Origin: Coniocarpon cinnabarinum
Lineage: Eukaryota
Assembly (NCBI GenBank): GCA_051942205.1
Contig: JAVECO010000146.1
Span: 1 to 60,921 of the forward strand
Reading direction: 5' to 3'
Length of the DNA stretch: 60,921 nucleotides
Within the stretch, counting starts at the first letter, position 1. Each line of letters begins with the position of its first letter. A program made the position numbers and the translations under genes. This document shows, one piece after another, positions 36,732 to 48,867 of the stretch. Under the pieces are notes generated by a model that made no database searches, was not told where the DNA came from, and saw only the letters and a list, made by a program, of their open reading frames with translations.

Positions 36732-38901
36732 TCATCCACCACTGCCAACACCATTCACACGCTCCCCACCACCGCCATCAGCTCTCCCAATCTCACTCCC
36801 AAAATCCACGCCCACCTCCCTCAACACCCCCTCAGCACTCCTCACGCCCTCCATGACCCTCTCCCTCTCAGCCTCCCCCAGCCGTCCCAGATGCCTCAAC
36901 AGCACGCGATTGAAACCCGCCGTCTGTCCATGCGCCCACGTGACGACCGCACTCCCCATAGGTGCGCTAAACGCCCCCTGATACACCTTGATCGTATTCT
37001 TGAGCAACGTAAACGTGATCCACGCCAGCTGAAACAGATAACTCCCCAGATCGCCCGTGTCGGCACACTGGCTGACCCGCGTCCTCACGACGTCGCCGCG
37101 CGCCCGCAGAAACGTGTCAGATGCCTGCTGCTCGTAGCCCAGACGCTGGAGGAGGCCCACGTTCGACCGCGTGGCGGCGCTCCACGCCGCCTTGTCCGCG
37201 ACGTCGCGCAGGATGCCGGTCGCGAGGCGCGCCGCACGTGCTCGCACCTTGCCCTGGACGAGGTCCTGCACGTGGGCGTTGGAGCGGTTGCGCGCGCCGA
37301 TGCGGCGTAGGTTTTCGATGCGCTCCACCGCCGCCCCATGCCGCTGGAGTGCGACGTCGATGTCGAGCTCGTCGACTTGCTGCTCCACCCAGCGGAAGGA
37401 CTGCTGGCGGCCGTCTACTTCCACGAGCATGCTGCCTCGCGCGATTGCGTCGGTGGCATTGACACCGTTGCCGATGACACCGGACGACGCGCCCGGCTCT
37501 GGCGATCGCGGTAGCTTGCGCACGCTCGACAATGACGGACTGGCTGCAAAGACGGAGCTGGCATCGTCGAACTGGGGGCTCGCCTGTGTCTTGCGGAGGT
37601 CGGAGACCGCTTTCCGAAACTTGGCCAGAAACGCCGTCTTCTCCGTGCCGTCGGCGTCCGTGGCAGCGTAGGTAAAGCTGTCCTGACCGATGCGCAAATT
37701 AATGGCGTTAGCATTGGGGAGGCGTGAGGCACGGCGGACGGAGCCATGGGAGGGGCCGAGGGCGTTTTTCACGCCGAGGTCAGACGCCTCGATGTCTTGC
37801 AGCGGGAGACAGCGATCCGCAACTAAGGTTGTTGTCGTCGCTGCAGCGTCTTTCGTACCCGTTTTCGTGGGAAAGAGCGTCGCGGACGTTTCAGCCTCGT
37901 TGCGGTCTTGCCGCTGTTTCTCGACGGCCACGAGGAGGTGATCGTTCAAGAGTATGAGGTGGACGCGGCGGCGGGGTTTGAATGTCGCGGCGTTGAGCTC
38001 CACCCAGCGGCCAGACTCATGAATTACGTGGCGACCGGGAATAGCTGGGAGGAACTTTTGGCTGCCTTCGACGCGCCGCCATAGCTCCTGCAGGTGCGTA
38101 GACCACATTGCTTCGAGGTTGGCGACCGAAGAGCGATTGGCGTACTTGCGAGCGGACAGATTGCGGCTGTCCGGGGCTTCGATGCCTAAGGCTGCATTGG
38201 TCTGACCGAGGGTGTTAGTTAGGTCCGACATGAGGTTACGCAAGGAGCGCATTTCTCCACGCAGTCGTTCAGCCTCTTGCGAGATTTTGATGAATTGGGC
38301 GCGGTTCTGGTAGACATTGTGTTGGAGATCGGTGGACGTGCGGTTGCGTATTTTGGAGAGGTCGTTTTGAAAGGCATGGATATCGGTCTCGGTGGCATTA
38401 GCAAGGAGTCGGGCGATGTCTTTCATGATAATTAGCAGACAGACTCAGTTTCGTAGATAGCGTCAATGCCAACCTACATTGATCGGCTGGCAAATTTGGG
38501 TCTTGAAGAGCCTTCACATCGACCTTGATTTTCTCTCCAGAATGGCTTGCAGAGCGCGTGGGTGCTTTGGCGGGAGGTTGCGAGAGAAACTCAGTGGGCA
38601 AGGTGGGCATAGACGGAGCCTCGCTCGCATCGAACCCATCTGGAAGGCCGACTCTGGTCGAATACCTTCTTTTCACATAGTCTGCTGTAGATGCATTGGG
38701 CTGCCCTCTTTGTCGAGGCACATTCAAGCTACTGGTTGAGCTCGATGCACCCGGCAGACGTGGTCGCGAACCTGATTCGGAGACAGCTGGCAATCCTGGT
38801 CGGTTCTGAGTCTGTATAGGGCCGCTGATTTGCTTGGGAGCGGAGATCTTTGGCTTTACGGAGCGCTTTTTGCGCAGTGACAAGCCTCTAGCGACCTCCA
38901 T
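36732..38901 (-). CDS. EXO84: Exocyst complex component Exo84
   Basis: Exons are 38901-38478 and 38419-36732. Motifs are DYVKRRYSTR, DLQHNVYQNRAQFIKISQEAE, NRSSVANLEAMW, VEGSQKFLPAIPGRH, a PH-like LILLNDHLLVA and ELDIDVALQR. Confidence 0.93.
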
Positions 38902-39482
38902 ACTGGAGACTTATGGCAGCTGGGCGACGTTCGAAGGCTGTAAGGTCCGAGGAGTGCATTGGTCATGAAAGAGCTAGCAAGCTTAAGAGCCGTGAGAGCG
39001 CAGATGAAACAAGGTCTTGGCACGCAACTTCAGTCACTGCAGCGGAACTCAATCAACATTGGGCGCATCGCATCACACATGCCATGAAAGCGAATCTGCC
39101 AAAGCAATGTATCGCAAATTTCGTCATCTCTATCGCTAGAACAATGCAGACGCAGTTAACCACGATACGAATAAGTTGCAAAGAACGGCAGCCTCTTCAT
39201 CGACGAAATTAATGCAGTTGTGACGAAGACTGCGTAAAAGCACATCGACTAATCTTATAAGGTTGCCTCGCACGCATTTCCAGAACCTCCGTAGCATCAG
39301 AATAAGGCTCAAGGAAACGCACACACAAAGACCGGGGGTAGCATTGACCGTCGGACACAGCTCGAGATGCTAATGCGACCACAAGGGGCCCTTTTTGGAA
39401 TCTAGGGTATCTTTTGTGTGCGCTATTAGTACACATTAGACTGACATCTATGCTCACTGGCGAATCTAGATGAATGGGCTTT

Positions 39483-40685
39483 CTACAGGAAGTAGTCTGG
39501 CGTGCGTCTGGACACCATTGGCTCCCCAGCTCGCGGACACGGGTCGAACTGTAAGCTGCATTGCCAGTTAGTACTCGAAAATCGAATATAGTCGCTTCGG
39601 TGGAACTCACAAAGTGGACTTCATCTGCTCATCAATCTCCATAATCGCAGCTTGGTTCCCGCAACGGTAGCAGTAATTAGGCGCCGAAAAAATCGTGACA
39701 ACATTTCCATCCTGTGACCAGTTGTATCCTTCCATCACCAGCTGATGCGCTCTTGCAATCTTTGTTAAGCTGTTGTTGTGATTGAAAGCCTCTGAAATGT
39801 CTTGCCCGAATGTGTACCCAGCCCCCCGCGGAGAGATGCCCCACCCACATCGATCGTCCGGGTCAGACCATAGCAGGTCGCACATTGGTCCCTCATGGGG
39901 AACTTCCTGTATTCTGTCAAGCGAGCGAATGTTGTCCAGGGTGTCTATGCTGGGTGAAAGACCGCCGTGCAGGCAGAAGATTTGATTTTCGATGAGGGCC
40001 GTCAGAGGAAGGTAGTCGAAAAGATCGGTGAAGTACTTCCAAACGCTTGCATTACCGTATTTGCGCAAACATTCGTCGTAAAAGCCGTACACTTGCGTGA
40101 TTTGTCGTGATTCGTGATTGCCTCGGAGGATGGTGATTCTTTGAGGGTATCGAATTTTGAGTGCAACGAGCAACGTGACTGTTTCCACCGAGAAGTATCC
40201 TCGATCCACATAGTCGCCTGAAGTCCTGTGTCAGCAGAAGCGCAGTATTCTCAGTCTCGATTCGCATACCCATGAAAAGGTAGTTTGTGTCTGGATTTGG
40301 TCCGCCGATTTTAAAGAGCTCCATCAGATCGTGAAACTGTCCGTGAATATCGCCGCAAACAGTGACGGGGCATTTCTACGATCTCGTCAATTTGCGTGAA
40401 ACATCACTTCCTGCTCGCTGCTCGCTGCTCACCACTGGTTGCACGTTCGACTCTTCCTGGAGGATTTCGCGCGCCTGGTTCGCTAGATCAGACCCACAGA
40501 AGCCAACATAACGAGCAGTGTCCACAAACTTTGTCGCAAAGTTTCCGCACGTCATCCTCTGCAAGTTGCTTGCAGTTCATGAGATTGTCGACCCAGCTGT
40601 CGAGAGTAGGATTTGATGGAGTTTCAGCTGGAGCAGGAGCTTCCCCCTCGCCCATCTTCGGCACATCTTCCATCTTAATATCCAT
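39483..40685 (-). CDS. pphA: Protein phosphatase 2A catalytic subunit
   Basis: Five exons: 40685-40530, 40474-40433, 40375-40270, 40217-39611 and 39555-39483. Motifs GDIHGQ, GDYVDRG and RGNHE are present, with the diagnostic C-terminus RRTPDYFL*. Confidence 0.96.
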
Positions 40686-41228
40686 GATTGCTGGTCCCGA
40701 GCGGTCGTGGTCAAGTTAGGGAAAGAACGAAGAGCGAGCTTCGGATCAAGGTCTAATCAGAGAAACGGGCAGAGAATAAGCGGTCGCGTGGGCGCTTGAG
40801 GGGATCTTGAGATATGATGTCCGTCGAGGGCGAGGATCGAGTTCTTAATACGCGGCGCGAGAGGTAATTTATCTGTATTCAGGCGATTCGAATGGTCACA
40901 GGCTGCAGCTCAAGAAGTTTGTTTGCGCATATCCATTGTTAAGATTACCCACTTGGAGCACGGAGTTACTCAGATTCGAAAGCTTTGGATTGATATTGAG
41001 CATGTCACTGCTTCGCCGGTACGCTGCGCAAATGAAGGCTCACATTCTTTCATACCACCGCGCTGCTTTTTCTTATCCTGGCCAGGGTAAGCAAAGCAAG
41101 CTATGTATTCGCCGTATTCTTCCGTCCAAACATTCAAGGCAATGATAGCTTAGCCGTCGTTATCTTGAGCTCATCTATGCACAATGTCGGTACTGTTCTA
41201 GTACTACAGCAGCATTTGCTTGCTGGTC

Positions 41229-42740
41229 TCAATCTGAGTCATAGTCGAGAGACACAAGCCCAAGAACGATTCCAAATGCAAGTCCCAAAATGGCGCTGCC
41301 TAATCGATCAGTCGTCAGATCGACTCTGCGCAGCGTGATTATTCTGCTGCTGAAGAGATCTTGCAAAAGTAGCCGCCAACGTTCGAGCATTCCTCGCCAG
41401 CTTGTGAGGCTCATGAAAGCCTCGGAACTCGTGAAGGGATGTGGTGGGAGATGCTCAAAGGCCATGTCTGGCAAGGTTGCTGAGGGTAGTTGATCGAGCT
41501 CTTCGTCTGCTGGAATCAAGCTTTGGTGTGTTTGAGTCTGTGACAGGGTCGCCGCATCTGCATTCGCCATCTCTTCTAAGGGCCCGACTACAGCTGGGGT
41601 CGTTTTGCCAGCCTCCAGCACCGGCATTTCTGGACTCTTCGTTTCAAGCGGCTTCTCGACCTCCTGTGCAGCCGTAGCAGCTACTGCCTTCTCATCGAGT
41701 GCCGTGCGCATCTCTTTGATTAGCCTCTTTCTCCGCCATGGCTCTAAAAGAACAACCTGCGTTAGCAAGAGAAACATGTTCACACCCATAAGTCCAAAAG
41801 TGATCCACGTGCTGTTCCGTCGAATGGTGTCACTCCATATTTGTTCCTCATGGTACATCTTGCGCTCGTTCCTTTCCAGACCTTGTCGAGCTTCCTCCAA
41901 GGACCTTTCGGCCTGCGTTACTTCTCGTGCGGCGTTCTCTACACCGCGCTCATTCGAGTGCTCAGATCGAATGAGCCCCATGTATCTCTCCATATCACCA
42001 TCTGTCCATGAATGTTTCCGCTCAAGCAGCTGCACAACCTCTTTCTGGTGCAAGCGCTGCTTATTGAGAGCATCCTCGTGTGCAATCTTGGTGGCAGCTA
42101 CGTCTTCATGTCGGTCGCGAAGAGCGTGCTCTTGGTGTTGAATACGGTCACGGATCGATTGGATTGGCGTGTAGTCCGTGCCAGTGTACATATTCAGCGT
42201 ATGAGCAATTCGAGTCATCGAGCTTATGATCTGATTGCTAAGATGATGAATCCGATCAGCCAATGGCACTCTATTTGAGGGTAGAGTTTGCCCCGAAACA
42301 TTGGGGTCGTGCTGAGCAGATGTGCTTGTAATCGCTCCTTTTACACCATCATGGTCAATCGGCTCTGGCTGCCATTCCTTGCTAAACCTGTCAGCTTCTT
42401 CTTGAAGTTTCGAAAAGTTCGACTCGACATTTCTTGTGTATTTCTGCTCGGCGTCCGCGGATGGCTGATCTGGATCTTGAGCATTGGATGATCTTGAATC
42501 GTGGAGGACTCTAGAGGTGTGTAGAGCTTGCATTTCTACGAAGCCTCCAGGGAAGCGGCTTTGGCTGCGGCATTGCTGAGCCGGTGGTCGCAGCGTTCGT
42601 TGACAGCAGAAACGACATTGAGAACAGATAAAACTGGATAATTTGCAGTGTTGAGATCTTGCTTTTCGAGATGTTCGTAACAGTAGACGAGTGCTAGTGG
42701 ACGATTCGAAAGCACCTGAGAGCCATAACACACTTCGCAT
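41229..42740 (-). CDS. SHE9: Mitochondrial inner-membrane protein She9/Mdm33
   Basis: Arg/Ser-rich presequence, a coiled coil, LLERKHSW...RYMGLIRSEH, YHEEQIWSDTIRRNSTW and two TM segments. Confidence 0.92.
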   Translation of the reverse strand: MRSVLWLSGAFESSTSTRLLLRTSRKARSQHCKLSSFICSQCRFCCQRTLRPPAQQCRSQSRFPGGFVEMQALHTSRVLHDSRSSNAQDPDQPSADAEQKYTRNVESNFSKLQEEADRFSKEWQPEPIDHDGVKGAITSTSAQHDPNVSGQTLPSNRVPLADRIHHLSNQIISSMTRIAHTLNMYTGTDYTPIQSIRDRIQHQEHALRDRHEDVAATKIAHEDALNKQRLHQKEVVQLLERKHSWTDGDMERYMGLIRSEHSNERGVENAAREVTQAERSLEEARQGLERNERKMYHEEQIWSDTIRRNSTWITFGLMGVNMFLLLTQVVLLEPWRRKRLIKEMRTALDEKAVAATAAQEVEKPLETKSPEMPVLEAGKTTPAVVGPLEEMANADAATLSQTQTHQSLIPADEELDQLPSATLPDMAFEHLPPHPFTSSEAFMSLTSWRGMLERWRLLLQDLFSSRIITLRRVDLTTDRLGSAILGLAFGIVLGLVSLDYDSD

Positions 42741-43047
42741 GACCAAAGCTCAGACCGCAATACTGTACATTGAATATGAGAAGTGAATGCGCCGATACAC
42801 TGGCACTGGACAAATTTCAGGGTCTGAGCTCTAAGCCGGGGCCGTCATGCGGGAGCTTCAGCCCTGTTTCCAAGACACCTTGAGAGACATGTCGATCATC
42901 GAATAAAGATTTCTGCATGCAAACTCGGCCCTTGCAGACACGTGTTGACGCTGACGACTTTTGTGACATATCCCACGCTCTCTGCTGTTCAAATTTGTGT
43001 AAACATTCTCTGATAGCATTGCTTACAACAAGCTCGAACTTTTCCAC

Positions 43048-43854
43048 ATGGCGCCCTCAGCAGATTTGCCAGCCCTCAAAACAAACCCCAAATTCATTTT
43101 CTTCACAGATTTTGACGGCACAATCACGCTGATGGACTCCAACGACTACTTGACTGACAATCTCGGCTATGGCGAAGCGCGCAGGAAGCAAGAGAACAAA
43201 GATACTCTGGATGGCAAGAATGATTTCCGTAATTCGTTCCAAGGAATGATGGACAGCATCACAACGCCGTATGACCAATGCATAGATGCGCTCGTGAAGA
43301 GCATCAAGCTCGACCCGTACTTCAAGCACTTCCTGGACTACGCGATGGCAACGAACATCCCTGTTGTGGTACTCAGTTCTGGCATGATTCCCATCATTGA
43401 GGCGTTGCTCAAACATCTGGTTGGCGAGAAAGGTGCGGCCTACATTCAGATCGTTGCCAACAACGTGCGCGCAAATCCCGGCAAGAATATCAATGATGTA
43501 GACGGTTGGGACATTGATTTCCATGACGGTAGTGGTTTTGGACATGACAAGAGCTTGACAATCAAGCCGTACGCGCAATTATCTGCCGACCAAAGACCGA
43601 CACTGTTCTATGCCGGCGACGGTGTGAGTGACTTCAGTGCAGCGAAAGAGACAGATCTCTTGTTTGCCAAGCGCGGTCGTGATCTGGTGACGTTCTGTGC
43701 GCGTGCTAACATTCCCTTCACTGAATTTGACGACTGGCAAAGCATCATCTCCGAGGTCAAGGACATCGTTGATGGCAAGAGAACTGTGCAAGATGCTGCC
43801 AGGGAAGGCTACGAATCTTACAGAGCTCACAGTGCTAATGGGAAAGCATCATGA
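43048..43854 (+). CDS. HAD phosphatase, MtnX-like (yeast YNL010W/Pyp1-like)
   Basis: FFTDFDGTIT, VLSSGM, FGHDKS and YAGDGVSDFSAA. Confidence 0.88.
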   Translation: MAPSADLPALKTNPKFIFFTDFDGTITLMDSNDYLTDNLGYGEARRKQENKDTLDGKNDFRNSFQGMMDSITTPYDQCIDALVKSIKLDPYFKHFLDYAMATNIPVVVLSSGMIPIIEALLKHLVGEKGAAYIQIVANNVRANPGKNINDVDGWDIDFHDGSGFGHDKSLTIKPYAQLSADQRPTLFYAGDGVSDFSAAKETDLLFAKRGRDLVTFCARANIPFTEFDDWQSIISEVKDIVDGKRTVQDAAREGYESYRAHSANGKAS

Positions 43855-44204
43855 ATATGTTGGCATTTCTATACCCAAACGTTTAGTGCGGAGATTTTTG
43901 CGCATTTGAATACAATAGGAAAGCATCATGGGAAAATCAAGAGATAACACATAGACACATAGACAAATAGAGAAGCATGAGCTCTACTGGTGCTATTCGC
44001 GTCGTTTCGCTTGTCGATAGAGATACAGAGTGGACTTTATTTCGTTTCTGTGCAATGTTGTGGCGTTGGCACTGTACAGTAATGACGTCTGCCTGAATCT
44101 CCCACCCATGGTCCAAGGCGCTGCATCCCAAGAACGCCCTGCAATGCGGAAGGAATAATCAACACAGCCAAGGAAGCAAGCAAGTGAAAGAGCAACGGAA
44201 GGGT

Positions 44205-44819
44205 TTACTCAACACCAGCTGAGGAACTAGCAGAGCTGCTGTGATCAGATGTCCGGTCATACGCAACCATCTCAGCGAGTGTATCGAGGACGACCTGCTA
44301 CAGATTAGCCTGGACGGCCACTGGGATATGCATTTGACTAGACCGACCTTGGGCACTGTCTTGTCGTAAAGACCCATGAGCTCCTTCGGCGATGGATAAA
44401 CCTTCTGCGCTTTGAACAGACATAACGCAGCTTCCTTCTTGTTCGTCTCGGCTTTTGGTCCGTTAGCATGTACAAACCAGCTCCACATGAAGAATATGCG
44501 CACCATTTGAACACAGCGTCTCGCCCTCGGTCAGCTTCTCCATGAAGTAAGCTTCCTTGTCCTCCGCCTTTTCAGGGTATCCTTCCTCGTTTGCTTCATC
44601 AACGAGTGCTCTTATTTCTCTTCGTTCGCGATTCGCTGCCCCTTCTGCTTGAGCCTTCGCTGCCTTGGCCGTCTTGCGCTTTTGCTTGTTCAAATTTTTG
44701 CGAAACTCGGTGTCATTCCTTCGTTTGTAATCGAAGTAGACGGCGTATGCAAGGAAGCCTGTCACTGCGGTGCCAACTGTGGCGGCGACCACGGTGGTGG
44801 GTCGTAGGGTTGATGCCAT
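44205..44819 (-). CDS. TOM20: Mitochondrial import receptor Tom20
   Basis: Exons are 44819-44504, 44451-44348 and 44294(or 44297)-44205. It has an N-terminal anchor, LAYAVYFDYKRRND.EFRK, EAALCLFKAQKVYP and LYDKTVPK. Confidence 0.92.
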
Positions 44820-45141
44820 TGAGTACTGTCACTGGGAGAATGATGGTCCAGGTCTGTTAAATAAAAGATTGCGAGTCTGGTGACGGCTGAAGCTGTATTT
44901 AGCAATTGAATTGGAGCAGAAATAATTGGTTCGTCTGGAGTTTGGCTGAACATTGACTTTGAAACTTTTTGACGTAGTTTGAAAAGGGAGAAGGGTCGCT
45001 TCAACAAAATGTGACACCTTTTGCTCGAGAGACATCATGTGCTAATCGGACTGGTCTCTAAGAGCTTATCAGTCATTTTGCCATCGACATCGGCGCTCTC
45101 AGAAGCTTTTATCGAACGTCAGCATTCCTCAGCTTCCAAGC

Positions 45142-45686
45142 ATGGCAACACTGAATCTCACCAGGCGGCTCTTGCAACCATTTCAAGTATTCAGACCGAC
45201 ATTCCGCCCGATTAATCGTATCGCGCCGTTCCATTCCACGTCACAAATACAGGCAACTTACAATCAAGTCCTTCGCGGTTGTCGCAAAGCGCAGCCACCA
45301 CGTAAAAAGACATCGCCAGCGTTGGTCGACCGACCTCACGTGCAAGGCGTCTGTCTGCGTGTTGGCATCACGAAGCCGAAAAAGCCAAATTCAGGAGAAC
45401 GGAAGACGTGCAGAGTTCGATTAAGCACGGGCAAAGAAGTGTCAGCGTACATTGGTGGAGAGGGACATAATGTGCAACAACATAGCGTTGTTCTGTTAAG
45501 AGGTGGACGAGCCCAGGATTGCCCTGGTGTGAGATATCGATGTGTGAGAGGTGCTCAGGATCTGGTTTGTGAATTTCAGCCACTCGTGCTCAGAACCGTA
45601 CTGACTCGTATTCAAAGAGTGGTGTGCCGAATCGACTCACGAGTCGAAGTAAATATGGAACCAAGAAGCCGAGAACAGGGACATAG
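45142..45686 (+). CDS. MRPS12: Mitochondrial ribosomal protein S12 (uS12m)
   Basis: Exons are 45142-45564 and 45618-45686. Motifs are [28 protein letters not shown] and the spliced end [18 protein letters not shown]. Confidence 0.94.
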
Positions 45687-48600
45687 TGATGTGTGACGTT
45701 GGCGAAAATCAAGATGCGAACGAAAGCAAAGACCAAGCCACATTACGTCGCTTCACGCCGCTAACGGACTTATGTTATGGATGTCATTATCTCTCCTACA
45801 TCATTAATTTAATCCGGATATTGACCGGCTAACGAAGGGCTCTACGGCCAGCGCATACAACTAAACGTCACCCCCTGGACGTTTGCGATCACACAATTGG
45901 GTTGGCTTTGGCGGCCAAGGCAAGCAGACTATGCATCTTGGGAACGCCTATGCTAGATACAGACTGCAAATTCTCTGTCACTGTTTCGAGAATGCGTGAG
46001 ACATTCGAAGAGGCCTCACGGATTCCATGGTCTCCAGCCTTGCTATTGATGCCTTGCTTTGGCTCAATTCGAATGAAGAACTGGAGGAACAATCCACGAC
46101 AACCGTCTTGATGAATCGGCGCTGTGTAGAGCTGGATTTCAACCAGAATTAACTTTGTACTTCACTGTCTATGTACTCGGGATACAGGACACATTTCTCC
46201 CTTGCCAAACCTTCAACATCTATTCTACGAATAGAAAGAGCGGTAATCGATGTCGATGAACGAGGCCGTCAATAAGGCCGAGTCTTTAGTTGGAATCTGA
46301 TCGGCACGACCACCAGCCAATGAAACCAAGAACATATCATGGTGCTAAGAGCAGCCAGAGCATCTATCAACCCACCGTCTCGTTATCGTGGCGCTTACAA
46401 GTCTTGCACATCACCTCTCAATTCCTATGTCAGTCTTCGATCGAAGACAAGTTCAAGCTAGTGGCAGCATTGCAGCAAGCTACTTCACAAGGTTTTACTT
46501 GCGTTCTCAGATTTCCTTACCGCTTTGACTCTTCTTTGCTATTGGTCCACTTATTTGCGCACTGAACACGATCAATGCGACAGAGTAGCGCTTCTCCATC
46601 ACCATTTTAGGCTGCCAAGTCTAAACTCTTTTAAGTAAGTGCAATATTACTATATTATATTGCTACACTCTGCATTGAGAGATACTGCAGCGTCGCACTG
46701 CTATAGAAAAGCAAGACATTGTTAAAGAAAAGAGTAAAACATTGAGCAGATAAAAGGAGATGGAATCAACGTCTGCAAAAATATAACTCTATTTTGTGTA
46801 TATTTGCTACGCTTGAGCGTTGCCCCGCGAGAGCAGAAAGCCGGCTAAGGATACCATTTGGCACTTGAGTAAGGTAGAAGACTGACACCTTTGTACCGAA
46901 ATCTGCAAATGCAAAGTACTACACATTGAATCCGCGACCCTTCCACGACTCACCTTTCAATGAGGGGAATACTTCTTGCGTATCGGTTGGAAAATGCATG
47001 ACTGACGCTCACGAGATGGCTCGTCGTTGAGCAATGATTCCACCATCAATCTCAGCTTTCAATGCTGTCTTTTGTCTACGTGTTTTCACTGCTCTGCAAA
47101 AAGGCAAACCCGCCTTTGACAGAGCGCTTGAGATGAGAATACTGCTGCAAGCTTCAGTACTTTCTCCACGCCTCGTGCGATGCACTGCAAGCATGTTGTG
47201 TGCCCCGATCACCAAGTTCGAGGCATTGACAGCCTTGCGATGGTGACAACAGTTACACTTTCGTGGCCGTGCCTCCCTCTTGTCTGCCGATTTTGGCCGC
47301 CTTGTTCGTCATGGACAAGAGGACGTGTGAGGCGAGTTGCCACACGCCACACGCCACATTTCCAGTCGTTTGGTCGCTTGACGCTGCGCACGATCGAAAT
47401 GCCACGTTTTGCGTGCACGACCGACAAGTCAATGCATACGTGGCTAGTCAATCCCAAGAACATTCATCGCTTATAATAAACGTCATTGTATCAAAGGGAC
47501 AAGTCCACTGCAACTACTGCTGATCTTCCCTTTGCAAAATGACTCCTTTCCTTAAATAGTGTCCTCATTTCCGTTCTCCATATCTGTCACCCATGACTTT
47601 TCATCCTCCCTTCTTCTCCTTTTCCGTTGTTGCAAGCGTACTTATACCGCATCCGGTTCATGATGGCCAATTGATTTATCAACAACCCCCTTTACCTACA
47701 TCACCATCCACATATCCCCACCCTGTCCACAACCGCAAGTAACTCATCTTCTCTCCCACGTGTACACATTTCTGAAGCCTCCACACCCGTAGTTTCCACG
47801 CCCGTCGCGAATGTCAGCCAATCCTCTATTCATGATTTGCACGGCGCAGCACCGCTTACCACAACATCACATCCTGACAGTGATATTGCTGAAAAACACA
47901 ACACATCTGCTTTCAAGAATGCTCCTTATTCAGAGAACGCTTCTAACAAGATACTGCATCTCTTCAAAAGAAAGAGCTTCACATCCTTAGCCTAGGGTAG
48001 GGCGTTCTATGGTGCTCTTTTAACGGGTTGTAAGTGTAAGAGATCGAGACATCGAGACGACGATAGTGATGGTGGAAGTGATGACTCCAGCCAAAATACG
48101 TAACGCTTCCCTCTTCTTCTTTGCTCGTGTGGAGCGCCATTTAATGGGTTTGTTGACCGGTTTCGGGCCGCAAAATTCAGACAGTATGATTACGACGAAC
48201 GTGACGTCGACTTCGGCGTCGACTTCAACAACAAATTGAACGCATATACGCATGGGTGGTGATGAAATCTTTTGTTCGGAACGCCGTCGAGTCACATGTG
48301 GTTTCAGGGTACAAAAGGTGAAGGGGGGAATGATTTATCTCGAACTGCAACAACTAAATAGAAGTGGAGGAGTCAGAAGTGGGGAGCAATGGAGTATGGA
48401 TGCTTGCCTGTGCTGAAACACTAGACTGACAGCATAGTCGTTGGTGAGTCGACGACGAATGAAAGTTCGTAACAGGCTAAAGGATGTTGCTTCAAGAGAG
48501 GTTAATTCTCGTGACGTCTAGCAAGTGAGACTAATGAATGCAAGGAGCCGTGTTCTTGTACGTGTCTGGTGCGCGTTTTGGCGGGAGTGTATCTTTTGGA

Positions 48601-48867
48601 GAGCCGCTAATTTTGTCCACCGCGTGCCCGGGTTGAAGCTTAGTGAAGAGTCACGTGCTCACTGTGTTATCTCTAAGTGTATGCACTCATCCGATATATA
48701 TCGACTCAAGTGCTTGCTAGCGTGGATCGCTTCAACGTGACTTTGCAGCTTGATAGATTACTTCAAAGCGCGTTCTTGATCACCGTCGAATCTGGTGTGA
48801 ATGAACGCCAAATCTTGGGAGAATCCATAATGGATGTAAATAAGTCTAAAAGGATTGATCGGAGAGA

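Noticed and set aside
4077..40685. Two PPP-family phosphatase genes (SIT4 and PP2A) in one window as a cluster or recent duplication
   Set aside because: They are ancient paralogs about 34 kb apart with different intron patterns and unrelated genes in between.
45700..48800. ORF fragments (45889-46092 minus; an ATG-less Ser/Thr-rich frame ending near 47995) and an AT-rich patch near 46.6-46.8 kb
   Set aside because: I could not build a consistent exon chain, and I see no terminal repeats or transposase motifs. Left unannotated.
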